Below are positions 26,476 through 38,104 of a DNA stretch of 64,000 nucleotides, piece by piece. Numbering within the stretch: position 1 is the stretch's first letter; every line of letters starts with the position of its first letter. The translations under genes were made by a program, and so were the position numbers. Where the stretch lies: the NCBI GenBank assembly GCA_002269645.1, contig NIVC01002168.1, positions 102,556 through 166,555 on the forward strand, written 5' to 3'. The DNA comes from Macrostomum lignano. Taxonomy: Eukaryota. The notes under the pieces are model-generated. The model searched no databases and was not told the DNA's origin. It saw only the letters and a list, made by a program, of their open reading frames with translations.

Positions 26476-26737
26476 GGCTACAAGCTGACTGTATTCTACC
26501 CGAAAACGCCAGCCAAAGCGGCCTACCGCTCCCTGCTCAACCAGTGCGAAAAAATGGACATCCCGTTCCTGAGCTACATGCCCGGCGATGTGCAAGTGCT
26601 GGACCATAACTACTGCCTGATTGTGGACGCGCTGTTTGGCCACACCTTCCAGGCGCCTGTCCGTCCTGACCTGGCCGATGTGCTGCAGAAACTGACGGAG
26701 ACTGCTGTGCCTGTTGTCAGTATTGACGTGCCAAGCG
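26476..26737 (+). CDS. YJEFN3: Exon 3 of the YjeF_N / YJEFN3-like gene
   Basis: CCAG|GGC; GYKLTVFYPK...QCEKMDIPFLSYMP...IVDALFG...VVSIDVPS-G; G|GTGAG donor, phase 1. Confidence 0.93.
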
Positions 26738-26756
26738 GTGAGGCCAGAGGCTACTG

Positions 26757-27918
26757 ACCACCCCAAAATCTCCGGCTGGCGCACCCGCCACCCCAAACTC
26801 TATGACTAGAGCACCCACCACCCCAAACACTCCGGATGGGGTAACCCGCCGCCCCAAACTCTCCGGCAGGCACCTGCCACCCTAAACTCTCCGGCAGGCA
26901 CCTGCCACCCCAAACTCTCAGGCTGGGGCACCCGCCACCCCAAACTCTCCGGCGGGCAGCCGCCACCCCAAACTCTTCGGCTGGGGCACCCGCTACCCCA
27001 AACTCTCCGGCAGGCACCTGCCACCCCAAACTCTTCGGCTGGCACCTGCCACCCCAAACTCTCTGGCTAGAGCACCCACCACCCCCAAATTCTCCGGCTG
27101 GGGCAACCACCACCCCAAACTCTCCGGCGGGCACCCGCCACCCCAAACTCCCCGGCTGGGGCACCCACTACCCCAAGATCTCGGCTGGGGCACCCGCCAC
27201 CCCAAACTCTCCGGCGGGCACCCGCCACCCCAAACTCTTCGGCTAGAGCACCCACCACCCCCAAACTCCCCGGCTGGGGCACCCACTACCCCAAGATCTC
27301 GGCTGGGGCACCCGCCACCCCAAACTCTTCGGCTGGGGCACCCGCCACCCCAAACTCTTCGGCTGGGGCACCCGCTACCCCAAGATGTCGGCTGGGGCAC
27401 CCGCCACCCCAAACTCTCCGGCAGGCACCTGCCACCCCAAACTCTCCGGCTGGGGCACCCGCCACCCCAAACTCTCCGGCGGGCACCTGCCACCCCAAAA
27501 TCTTCAGCTGGCACCTGCCACCCCAAACTCTCTGGCTAGAGCACCCACCACCCCCAAATTCTCCGGCTGGGGCAACCACCACCCCAAACTCTCGGGCTAG
27601 AGCACCCGCCACCCCAAACTCCCCGGCTGGGGCACCCACTACCCCAAGATCTCGGCTGGGGCACCCGCCACCCCAAACTCTTCGGCTGGGGCACCCGCTA
27701 CCCCAAACTCTCCGGCAGGCACCTGCCACCCCAAACTCTCCGGCTGGGGCACCCGCCACCCCAAACTCTCCGGCGGGCACCTGCCACCCCAAACTCTTCG
27801 GCTGGCACCTGCCACCCCAAACTCTCTGGCTAGAGCACCCACCACCCCAAACTCCCCGGCTGGGGCACCCACTCCCCAAGATCTCGGCTGGGGCACCCGC
27901 CACCCCAACTCTCCGGCT
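26757..27918. repeat. ~30-bp GC-rich minisatellite (CACCCGCCACCCCAAACTCTCCGGCTGGGG) filling intron 3
   Basis: Direct reading; source of ORFs between 26751 and 27969. Confidence 0.95.
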
Positions 27919-28031
27919 AGGTTGAACCGGCTTGGACAACGCCCACCTTAAGCAGTTGGGTTGCAGCATCCTGCTTAAAATTACAAAGCCTTTTGAAATT
28001 AAAGTAGCTAATCATTATCTCTACTTTAAAG

Positions 28032-28432
28032 GCTGGGAAGCCGACAAAGCGCCTTCTGGCTCCAGCGGGCAGCACTACCTTCGGCCAGACACGCTGATCT
28101 CCTTGCTGCTACCCAAGCGTTGCTCATTGGAGTTCGCCGGCAGAAGGCACTACGTTGCTGGCCGACTACTGCCAGCCACATTGGTCAACAAGCTCGACCT
28201 TCGGCTACCCACCTGGTCACCGCAGGACATCGCCTTCCCCCTGGTTGACTGTCCCGACGGCGTGGCAGCTTCTGGAAGCGCAAACCAGCTGTCTGCCGAG
28301 GCCAGTGGCAACTCGGCCGCCGGAGCTGCCTCAGGTGCAGCTGCCGCCGCTGGCGCTGCCGCCACAGCCGCCGGTGGCACGGGCGAATCAAAGAAAACGT
28401 CAACCGACAAGTCGGGCACGAATTGCTTTTGA
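28032..28432 (+). CDS. YJEFN3: Exon 4 (terminal) of the YjeF_N / YJEFN3-like gene, with an Ala/Gly-rich C-terminal tail
   Basis: TTTAAAG|GC TGG gives PSGWEAD; RPDTLISLLLPKRCSLEFAGRRHYVAGRLLP; TGA at 28430-28432. The four exons total 1146 nt = 381 aa. Confidence 0.93.
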
Positions 28433-30179
28433 AGCAGGCATTTCACTCTGGCAAGGATCCGTATGGTTGGGAGCAGAGCAGCATTACTCATTAGACAGAA
28501 TCGAGATTGAAGATGATTCGCCATTTTCTGTTTTCCCAATAGCCGAAAAACTTGCAGGTACTCTTATAAACTTGACTCATCCATGGAGTACTAGATTCAG
28601 AACGTCTAGCAAGGAAGTTCTGGCAAAGAAGATAGAAAACACAAAGCAAGAATAGGAAATTCTTGTGTACTCGTACCATCACTGAACTCTCTGAACTCTA
28701 TAGAAATCAGAAAAAGTGAGGCTTGCAAGCCAAGTGCCATTCCAGACTCTCTGGAACTAGTACTCCGCTACCCGGCCCTTCATCAATCCACTCACTATAG
28801 CGAGTCAATACAAACCTGTCATTTAATCCCATCAATTCCTTTCATCACTGCTCTCTAAAAACTCTCTCCTATAGTACACTTTTTCCTGCGAGATGCAATT
28901 AGAAAAAGCAATATACCGTAATAAATTTCCCGTGGAATGACCCAAATCATTCCCTGTTTTTCGGTAGCCACGTCTGTAGAAGTCAAACAATAAAAATGAA
29001 CTTCTTCTATTAATAAAGGCCACCCTGCTCGTACTCCCTGCATCGACCTCAATAAAATCGTTTGTCTATCAAGCAGCAATGTCAAAAATAAGACACCAAA
29101 AATTGTAAGCCGAATGCGTCGTGCAAGCCGTTTCATTGTTAATTAATAATGCAATAATGAATATTTTAAACTAGATCGTATTATAAGCCTCGCCATTAAC
29201 CAGCGTTTGTAAAACGAGAAGTCCTGAATACACAGACAGGCTCTGAGACTGCGGCCCTACAGGTGAAAACCAATTAGTGGCAAAACTAATGAAACAGTTC
29301 AATAGGATTAGCTGGGTTTCTAGGCAGCTGTTCACGGGGACCTCCTTCCTCAATTTAGTTTCTTCTTGTAAAAGTTATTTTTGCTCTGGTCGCGGCTTCA
29401 ACTCCATTTACAAGCCGCTCTATGTTGGCTATTGCGGCCCTGAATGTTGAAGTATAAGTTGGGAGGCAGAAAGGCAAAGAAAACACGACAGCAAAGCCTG
29501 GAGTTTCTGGGACAAGCACCTGGGAGCATTAGAAAGTTGCGGTCAACCCCCGACCAACGCTTTCACCCTTTGCGGGCAAGCACTGCGTCTTAGCAGCTCT
29601 GCTGTCGGGCCGTACAAAACTCTCCCCTCCCCTGCTCTCCGTGTGACGAAAAGCAATTTCTCTTTTTAAGAAAAACCACCTTTGTAAAACCCTCACTGCT
29701 TTTGACTGGAATGCAGAGAGGCAGGAAGCTCACAATAAGCTCCCAATGCACAGGGCCTCAAGGATCGGGTTGGAGCAGCAACGCTGAAGACCCACAGGCG
29801 GAAGAGAGGCAATCCATCTCGATTCCCGGTCCCCAGCTCAATGCGTGCCACGAGCCACATTATTGCAGTTGTTTCCTTGGTTACGAAGGTGCTTAGGACT
29901 TATAGGCAAACGGGCTCATTAGCGATTGCTTGTACTATAACCAATGATACTTAACAACCAACTGGATACTTTCAATGGCTGCAGTCTGCAGCTTTCACTT
30001 ATTAGAGCCACCATCAGTCTTAACAGTGCACTGAGGAGAGAATGAGGAGAGAATGTGGAGAGAATGGGCCCATGAGATGACGACAGTGAACAAGAACTTC
30101 AAGAACAAGCTAAACATGGAATCATACTACTCAAAAATAGAAACACAAAAGCTTTCAAAGGAATTTAAAAAAACCGCAA

Positions 30180-30418
30180 CTACTCGGCGTGCCGCTTCGC
30201 CTCGACTTTTGGCGGGCCGTCGGTGACCAGCGCAGTCAGGTCGAGCTCCGGCCAGGATGTCAGACACTTCAGCGCCTCGTCCTCGTCGCGCGGCTCGAAC
30301 AGGGCCAAGAAGAAGCAGAAGAGAACGAACAAGGCCAAGAGGCCCACGAACACTCTCAGGGCTATGATCACCTCGGATTCTTGTGATGGTGTTGTGGATG
30401 AGAAAGTTTTGAATGTTT
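30180..30418 (-). CDS. Putative terminal exon of a small single-pass membrane protein (or standalone 83-aa ORF from ATG 30431)
   Basis: GC-rich island in AT-rich context; hydrophobic VIIALRVFVGLLALFVLFCFFLALF; GCAG|AA acceptor phase-compatible with the donor at 31098. Confidence 0.45.
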
Positions 30419-30461
30419 CTGCGTCCTCCATGAGCTCCAAAGAGGTCAGAGTTAGTAACAG

Positions 30462-30972
30462 GAGCTAGAAGGGTGTCAGAGCTGATAACAGGAGATTAGA
30501 AGGTGTCAGAGCTGATAACAGGAGATTAGAAGGTGTCAGAGCTGATAACAGGAGATTAGAAGGTGTCATAGCTGATAACAGGAGATTAGAAGGGTGTCAG
30601 AGCTGATAACAGGAGCTAGAAGGGTGTCAGAGCTGATAACAGGAGATTAGAAGGTGTCAGAGCTGATAACAGGAGATTAGAAGGTGTCAGAGCTGATAAC
30701 AGGAGATTAGAAGGTGTCAGAGCTGATAACAGAGATTAGAAGGTGTCAGAGCTGATAACAGGAGATTAGAAGGTGTCAGAGCTGATAACAGGAGATTAGA
30801 AGGTGTCAGAGCTGATAACAGGAGATTAGAAGGTGTCAGAGCTGATAACAGGAGATTAGAAGGTGTCAGAGCTGATAACAGGAGATTAGAAGGTGTCAGA
30901 GCTGATAACAGGAGATTAGAAGGGTGTCAGAGCTGATAACAGGAGATTAGAAGGGTGTCAGAGCTGATAACA
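30462..30972. repeat. 30-bp minisatellite (GTCAGAGCTGATAACAGGAGATTAGAAGGT), ~17 copies
   Basis: Direct reading. Confidence 0.97.
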
Positions 30973-31098
30973 GAGGCTTCAAAGGTATCGGGTGGCAAGT
31001 CTATGATATAGGGGTTGGAGTACTCGGTCTAAGCAGCCAGTGACACAAATTACGATCGCACATCCAGCAAACAGTTTTATTAGCCAATCGCATCTCAC

Positions 31099-31318
31099 CA
31101 TAGAAGCTGTCCATCTTAGTCGCATACACGTTGAACATAAGGCTAATTGCATTGTCGGAACGGCCCAGCAGCTTTGCACACAATTTCTCGTCACTTAGAA
31201 ATCTGGGCTGGGTGCTATTGATGTAGGCAACCAGCTTTAGAAGCTCCTCGGTTGAATTTGAAGCCAGAGGCTTGGCATATTTTGTCATGATCTGCTCAAC
31301 ACATTCTTGGCTTGCCAT
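31099..31318 (-). CDS. Putative first exon of the small membrane protein
   Basis: AAAACATGG start context at 31318; MASQECVEQ...MDSFY then G|GTGAGA donor, phase 1. Confidence 0.35.
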
Positions 31319-32422
31319 GTTTTGGCTTGTTGACTATATACTATTTTTTTAAATTACTTTTTCTCTAGTATTGTTATTGTAACTGAGAATAAAGCCGACC
31401 CAAACTGAAAATCCACCATAAGCTGCCTGCGAAGGGCCTGGGTTGCGTCTATGGGCCTTGGTCTAAGTTGCGAATAAATAAGGTACACGACGTACGCTCG
31501 TCTAAACCGATGGATTCTCAGTTTAGGTGTCTTTCTATCACTTTGCTTGGCTTTTGCAGTCTATGGCCCATAGACTAAGGCAAGACCATATGCAGCCAAG
31601 GCCCCTTACTGCATGGAAGTCGACGTTTCAGCATGATTTCAATGAGCTCGAAGAGAAATCAAAAACAGTTTTGAAAACTGAGAGAGGCTGCTGCTGGCAT
31701 CCATCTTTGTGCTGATGCCTATGGCCGAATTATCAATTTGCTTGCTTTTTAGTCTACCTGCTTGCCTTTTGCCTATCTGTCTGTGTCTATGGGCAAGACC
31801 AAATCTACTGCTGCAAATGGAGATTCTCAACTGGGTTGACTTAACTACCTGTCTCGGCTGGGACATCCAACCTCATCCAACCTCACCCTCAACCTCATAA
31901 TACGAATGAAAGCCTGCGATTTGGCTGGGTTTGCTTGGCTTAAACAGCATGGCTCTTAAATCTATATCTATGGCCCAACCTTGGAATCTTCGTGTTTACA
32001 GAAGCCAGCTACAAGTAAGAAATTATGGACTTTAAAATTATGGACTTTAAGACTTTAAAATTATTGACTTACTACATTATGGACTTTCTATGGAAAAGAA
32101 AGTCCGAGGATGCGTTTCTCTGGCCGAGGCGAACGCGACATCCACGACTCGTCTGCCTCCTTGCAATTCGCATTATTGCACCAGGTCATAATGTAGTAAG
32201 GGTCGAAGCCGAGCCTGAGAAACGCGTCCAAGGACTTTCGGCGATAGAACAATTTCTAGTGGGTATGATAAAATTTATCTCCACTTGTAAGACGAGCGGG
32301 TGTGGGGCAGAACCGTAGACCAATCATAGACTAAATGATTAGACTAAAGTCAAATGAAATCCTGTATATTATATGGATCGAGCTGTTTATTTACACAAGT
32401 TGAGATAGAAAGAGACAGAGCG

Positions 32423-33280
32423 ATGGATCTTCCTGAACTTGAATTCGAATGGAGCGATGCTTTATTCACATCGACCACTACTACATCTACGACTGCTCTT
32501 GCATCGACCACCTTTACGTCTACGACTACTGCCGATCTATCGGCAGCTGACTCTGACGACACTGTTCCAGCAGCATCGTCTAGTCGTTTTGCCGTCTTGT
32601 CATCTGACGATATCCAGCGAAAGTTGCAGGCTGCTATCCCTGACGGCACAAGACGCAAAGAGGAATGGGCGCTCAACCTATTCAACCTATTCAAAATTAC
32701 CTAGTCAACCTAACCAATGGCGAGACGAGCGACAGGCAAGTATTCTATCCGGTGAGAAGACTGGCCTGATGGTGACAAAGCCGATGGAGGAGTGGAGTGC
32801 TGGCGATTGGAAGTTTCTGCTAAAAATCTTCTTCGAGGTACGCAAAAAGGACGGTGACAAGTACAACGCTTCAAACCTGAAGGACATCTTTGCGATGCTT
32901 CAACACCATATTACGCATCGGCTGAAGAAAGAATTTCGTTGTGGAAGGACCCGCAATTCGTGGAGGCGAGACAGACGTTGGATGCTGCTATGAAGGAGAC
33001 CGTCCGTGAGGGAAACATATCTGGAGTGCGAGCCAGCGAGCCAATTTCAACTGAAGGGGAACACGATCTATATGGCAACGCAGACAGTTGGGGACTGAGA
33101 ATCCGAAACAACTTTTGAGCACTTTGGTGTTTTACATCGGCAAGTGCTTCGCCCTACGAGGTGGAACCGAACTACACGACCTCCAGTACAATAAGGACAT
33201 TGTCAATAAGGAAACTGATCTGATTGGTGAGGCATTCGTTTTCAAGGAGAACAAAGCCGCCAAGAGCAATAATCGTGGTA
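32423..33280 (+). pseudogene. Decayed Crypton / DUF3504 (ZMYM-QRICH1-KIAA1958-type tyrosine-recombinase-related) ORF, ~3 frameshifts, 3'-truncated
   Basis: Fragments in frames 2,3,2,1: RFAVLSSDDIQRKLQAAIPDGTRRKEEWALNLF / FFEVRKKDGDKYNASNLKDIFAMLQHHI / WKDPQFVEARQTLDAAMKETVREG / GTENPKQLLSTLVFYIGKCFALRGGTELHDLQY. Confidence 0.75.
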
Positions 33281-33731
33281 ATAAGCGTAAATTAAAAAAA
33301 CTTTGTCGCTTGAATCTAAAAAATACAAAACATAGGGCCTCACAGAAAAAAGGAAGGAAAACAGACAGCCAGGGAGGATCGGGAGCCTCTGCCTGTGTCC
33401 CTGCTCAGTGCTGGCTAGAAATTTCGTTTCTTTTGTTTTCTAATATTCTAGCACTATCTACCAGCATCTCCTAACTAGCTGCTCTGCCAACCACTCGAGA
33501 GAGAAGCCCACGAGAAAAGCCATTGTTCTGAGACTGAATGGTGGAAAGATCAATATTTCGAACCAAAAGCAGAGCCCACAGTCAAGAAGCTGAAAAGGCT
33601 CAGGTAGCTAAGTAAAACTTTTTCCGCCACTACTGAGTTGACGGCGAGGAAAAAGAACTGGGGAAACAGTTTGAGTCAATAAATGCAAGCAGTTTTAGTC
33701 AGCCCATTGCTGCACCCTCAACTCAAGCAAG

Positions 33732-34155
33732 ATGCAGGCCGGCCTCTCTGCCTTGAAGGCTGTTGTAGCTGTCGCTCTGCTGGTCTCCGGGTCGCTGTGC
33801 CAGCGCAAAGCCACTCCGGTCTACGTCGGCTGCTTCGTTGATTTCGGTAGCAACAGAGACATGCTGGGCCTCGTTGGCATCGCCCAGCTCGGCCCGTTCA
33901 GCGTTACGGATCCGACTAACGGCATTTTGGCCCGTGCTGCTCTGCTGACGGTGGAGCTGTGCTGCGAAATCTGCACCTACGGCGGCTTCCGATACGCCGG
34001 CATGCAGTACAGCTCGCAGTGCGTGTGCGACTGGAGCTACGGCTCCTGGGGTCCGGCTCCTGAATCCGATTGCAGCATGAGTTGCGCCGGGAACTCATCA
34101 CAGAAGTGTGGCGCAGGGTTCAGAAACTCCGTCTACGAAAACGTTTATCCACCGA
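33732..34155 (+). CDS. Exon 1 of a secreted WSC + PAN/apple protein (signal peptide + WSC domain)
   Basis: Hydrophobic N-terminus. WSC pattern YVGCFVD...TVELCCEIC...GFRYAGMQYSSQCVC...CSMSCAGNSSQKCGAGFRNSVY. A|GTGAGT donor, phase 1. Confidence 0.9.
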
Positions 34156-34421
34156 GTGAGTTGCAGCCTTGCGTTTCGAGATCCATTTTCCGATAATCAG
34201 TATGAAAGTCTCATCGATCGATTCCTTGCCTCGATTCTGCATCAATCAAGTAGACTTCCACATGGCCAAACTTTATTAATCTGGGCTGCCTTAACCATAC
34301 AAACAACAATGGTTAATCTTCGAAGTCTCATTATTCCTAAAACTGCTCAGGTCGATGTTGTTAGTTCGACAGTGGCGTAGATCATATTTCGCCTATAGCT
34401 CACCTTCGACACACATTGCAG

Positions 34422-34669
34422 CTTCTGAGAGCCGCAGCTTTCGCAAGGTCACCGCCTCTGCCGCTCCAAAGCTGGTCACCACTGCTGCTTTCTCAGGCTC
34501 CCTGGGCTGGGACGTCAAGACGCAGATCCTGGTTGAGTGCGCAAGCATCTGCGCTCGGACTGCCAGCTGCTCCTCCTATCGCTTCAACAGCAGCAGCGGC
34601 CTCTGCCGCCTTAGCAGCTTCGCCACCGCCTTCGTCAACGATACTGGCGATGTCTGGATCGCTGTGTGA
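34422..34669 (+). CDS. Exon 2 of the secreted WSC + PAN/apple protein (PAN-like domain)
   Basis: TTGCAG|CT phase-compatible acceptor; ECASICARTASCSSYRFNSSSGLCRLS fits the PAN C-x3-C-x5-C..F.....C.L pattern; TGA at 34667; total 223 aa. Confidence 0.8.
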
Positions 34670-35054
34670 AGCTTTGAGATCGGAGTCTGATGGCCTTTTT
34701 ACGCCGGCTAAAAACGAACGAAAACAAGTTTCATTACAGGGATATGCGACTACTGAGAGATGAGTTTTTAAACTTGTTTTGCAAGAGAATACACAAGAAT
34801 GCAAAAAGCAAAGTTTTAAATTTGCTCTGAAAATTGAATGAATCAGTGGAGCAAGAAGTTATTTTGTTGTTTCAGGCATACTCTCAAAATGTTTATAAAG
34901 TGTCTTTGTCTTCATTGCCCTTTCGAGCAAATATCACCCTAAACGTTTTCCGAAAATCTCTTACGGATACACTGAGTATAGTAAAGAGTATGTTCAAAGA
35001 TTGCTGGTAGATAGCGCTGGATTTCATTCAATGCTCCGGTAATGAAGACGGCCA

Positions 35055-35640
35055 GCAGTGTACATAGAAGAGACGAGATACTGAGCGATAGGAGAGATGG
35101 AAAGCGGACTGCAGTGTACATAGAAGAGACGAGATACTGAGCGATAGGAGAGATGGAAGGCGGACTGCAGTGTACATAGAAGAGACGAGATACTGAGCGA
35201 TAGGAGAGATGGAAGGCGGACTGCAGTGTACATAGAAGAGACGAGATACTGAGCGATAGGAGAGATGGAAGGCGGACTGCAGTGTACATAGAAGAGACGA
35301 GATACTGAGCGATAGGAGAGATGGAAGGCGGACTGCAGTGTACATAGAAGAGACGAGATACTGAGCGATAGGAGAGATGGAAGGCGGACTGCAGTGTACA
35401 TAGAAGAGACGAGATACTGAGCGATAGGAGAGATGGAAGGCGGACTGCAGTGTACATAGAAGAGACGAGATACTGAGCGATAGGAGAGATGGAAGGCGGA
35501 CTGCAGTGTACATAGAAGAGACGAGATACTGAGCGATAGGAGAGATGGAAGGCGGACTGCAGTGTACATAGAAGAGACGAGATACTGAGCGATAGGAGAG
35601 ATGGAAGGCGGACTGCAGTGTACATAGCATAGAAGAGATG
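35055..35640. repeat. 56-bp minisatellite, ~10 copies
   Basis: CAGTGTACATAG recurs at 35112, 35168, 35224 and onward. Confidence 0.97.
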
Positions 35641-36806
35641 AGATACTGTGTGATGGAAGAGAGGAAGGCGGAGACGCTCGTAGAAGTCAGGGGAAAAATT
35701 TAAGTGATTATAGTTCTTAGTTCTACTACAACTTTAGGATAGAATTATTAAGACTGGTCTAAGAACATTAGCTGAGAGAGACTTCACACGTTTTTCATCT
35801 AAATTTATTTCATAATGAACTTCTTCGGGCTAAGCCATGAGTCAACTCAAATTTTCAGAATAAAGAGATAAACAGCTGGAAAAGATGGCGCGCATTGAAC
35901 GGAATTCCGCACCTCTAGAAAATATTGAGCTATTAAAGCTGGCTACTTTGTAAGCACTGGTTATGCAGAAAAACTCTATTAAAGTTATATCGGATCAAAG
36001 CCAATTGGACTAAACAATAAGTTCGGCCGGTCGGTGTTCAACCGCTTACTAGGGGAGCTGGAGACATCTAAAAAGTTTTTGCAAATCATGCCACAAAGTT
36101 TACAGCGTTCGTTCAGAAAATTTTTATGTACTCGTAGGTTAGAGCAAATTAAAATATTTCGCATATTGAATTCATAGTTTTCATATCAATAAACATAATT
36201 CACAATTCCTAAAGAGAATATTTTTCACAAATTATAGCCAAAGAATATTGAGAATAGTTAGACCGCTTATTTTTGGACGAGATGAACAGTGGCATGACAG
36301 CAGGCTAGTTTTCGAGAACCATGTATCCAATAATGATAGGAGCTATTTGTATAAGACTAATAATTATGCATATATATATAGATATAGGTTCTTCGAGTGT
36401 CAATTGGTATCCGGGCAAAAAATAACATACAACGGGAGCGGAGTGCATAAATATATAGCTAAATTTAAACAAATATCTGCTGAGAAAACGTTGTCAAAAG
36501 TACATCTAAAACTAAGCTAGGAATTGCGATGCTTACACGAAGAGTGAATTTCAGGAATCATTTTTGACAACAATTATGGTTTAACTGACGTCATGTATCA
36601 TATTTTATCCGATCCTGTTGGCATCTGGCACGAGTCCGCATCATCCTAAGAACTAGGCCATTTTTGTTCTTCAAATAGCTTTACTCTTGTCTGGGTTGTT
36701 TCTTTTTTTATCAAAACAGAATTTAAACAAGTGGCAATTTTGTTGCTATGACTGCTACTCATGATGCTACTCAGATCTGCCGCCAATTACAGTTAATTGT
36801 CAGGTG

Positions 36807-36956
36807 TTACACAGCATCCTCCTTGAGCGCTTTAATGTCGAGCTCCTGCAGAATCTCGGCGACCTCCTCCTCGGTCGCGGCTACTTTGGGCCGCTCGGCC
36901 GCGCCGTTGCCCTGCTGCACCGAGCTGAGCTGCGGCGTCAGCAGGAAGGTGATTCG
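36807..36956 (-). CDS. DAT: Dopamine transporter (SLC6) exon 11, terminal
   Basis: TTTGCAG|CGA; RITFLLTP...KEDAV, TAA at 36807-36809. Confidence 0.8.
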   Translation of the reverse strand, partial: RITFLLTPQLSSVQQGNGAAERPKVAATEEEVAEILQELDIKALKEDAV

Positions 36957-37096
36957 CTGCAAATGAACACGCGCATATCTATAACTACTAAAAGTAGTGC
37001 AGTAAGGCCGCATTGAAATGTTGTTTGCAAAAAAAGAAATCTTTACAGAAGAATAAAGTGCATAGCAGTAAAATTGAGAATTGACAGCAGCGTGAC

Positions 37097-37430
37097 AGTG
37101 GCGCCCCGCAAATTAAGTGGCGCTCCCTCAAATGAAGTGGCGCTCCCCCAAATGAAGTGGCGCCCCGCAAATTAAGTGGCGCTCCCTCAAATGAAGTGGC
37201 GCTCCCCCAAATGAAGTGGCGCCCCGCAAATTAAGTGGCGCCCCCTCAAATAAAGAGGCGCTCCCTCAAATGAAGTGGCGCCCCGCAAATTAAGTGGCGC
37301 CCCCTCAAATAAAGAGGCGCTCCCTCAAATGAAGTGGCGCTCCCTCAAATGAAGTGGCGCTCCCCCAAATGAAGTGGCGCCCCGCAAATTAAGTGGCGCT
37401 CCCTCAAATAAAGTGGCGCCCCCTCATATG
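37097..37430. repeat. ~20-22 bp minisatellite (AAGTGGCGCTCCCTCAAAT)
   Basis: Direct reading. Confidence 0.9.
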
Positions 37431-37657
37431 AAATGGAGCCTCAGCATGCACACTCTCCCCCCAAATGAAAAATCCTGTCTACGCCCTCAAGTAAGTAGCA
37501 TCAGCTGAAATGGATGGATTTGAATTTATGAGCAACCTCACGGATCTTCGGTACCTTTAAAAATTTAAATTTCTGTCTTGCAAAGGTGCGGAATGAAAGT
37601 CAGCTTGCGTGTTCACGAATTTGAAATATGGAGAGCTTCTCAAAATAATCTGCTCAC

Positions 37658-37825
37658 CTCTCTCAGCGTGCCCGGCGTTTTGATAATCTGCACGATGGCC
37701 ACAATTGGAATCCACATCACCGATGAGGCGGCCAGCATCCAACCAACAACGTTGGCCCAAAGCGGATATTTATACGAACCCATGCTCAGCGGCTCGTGCT
37801 GGTACAGACCGAATGCGATGTTGAA
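37658..37825 (-). CDS. DAT: Dopamine transporter exon 10 (TM12)
   Basis: TTTCAG|TTC; FNIAFGLYQHEPLSMGSYKYPLWANVVGWMLAASSVMWIP...GTLRE|GTGAG. Confidence 0.92.
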
Positions 37826-37860
37826 CTGAAATAGCATTGTTGCGGGCATCTATTGAAAAC

Positions 37861-38104
<244 letters not shown>

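Noticed and set aside
28418-28432. C-terminal TNCF as a prenylation signal
   Set aside because: Cys is second from the C-terminus, so it is not CaaX, CC or CXC
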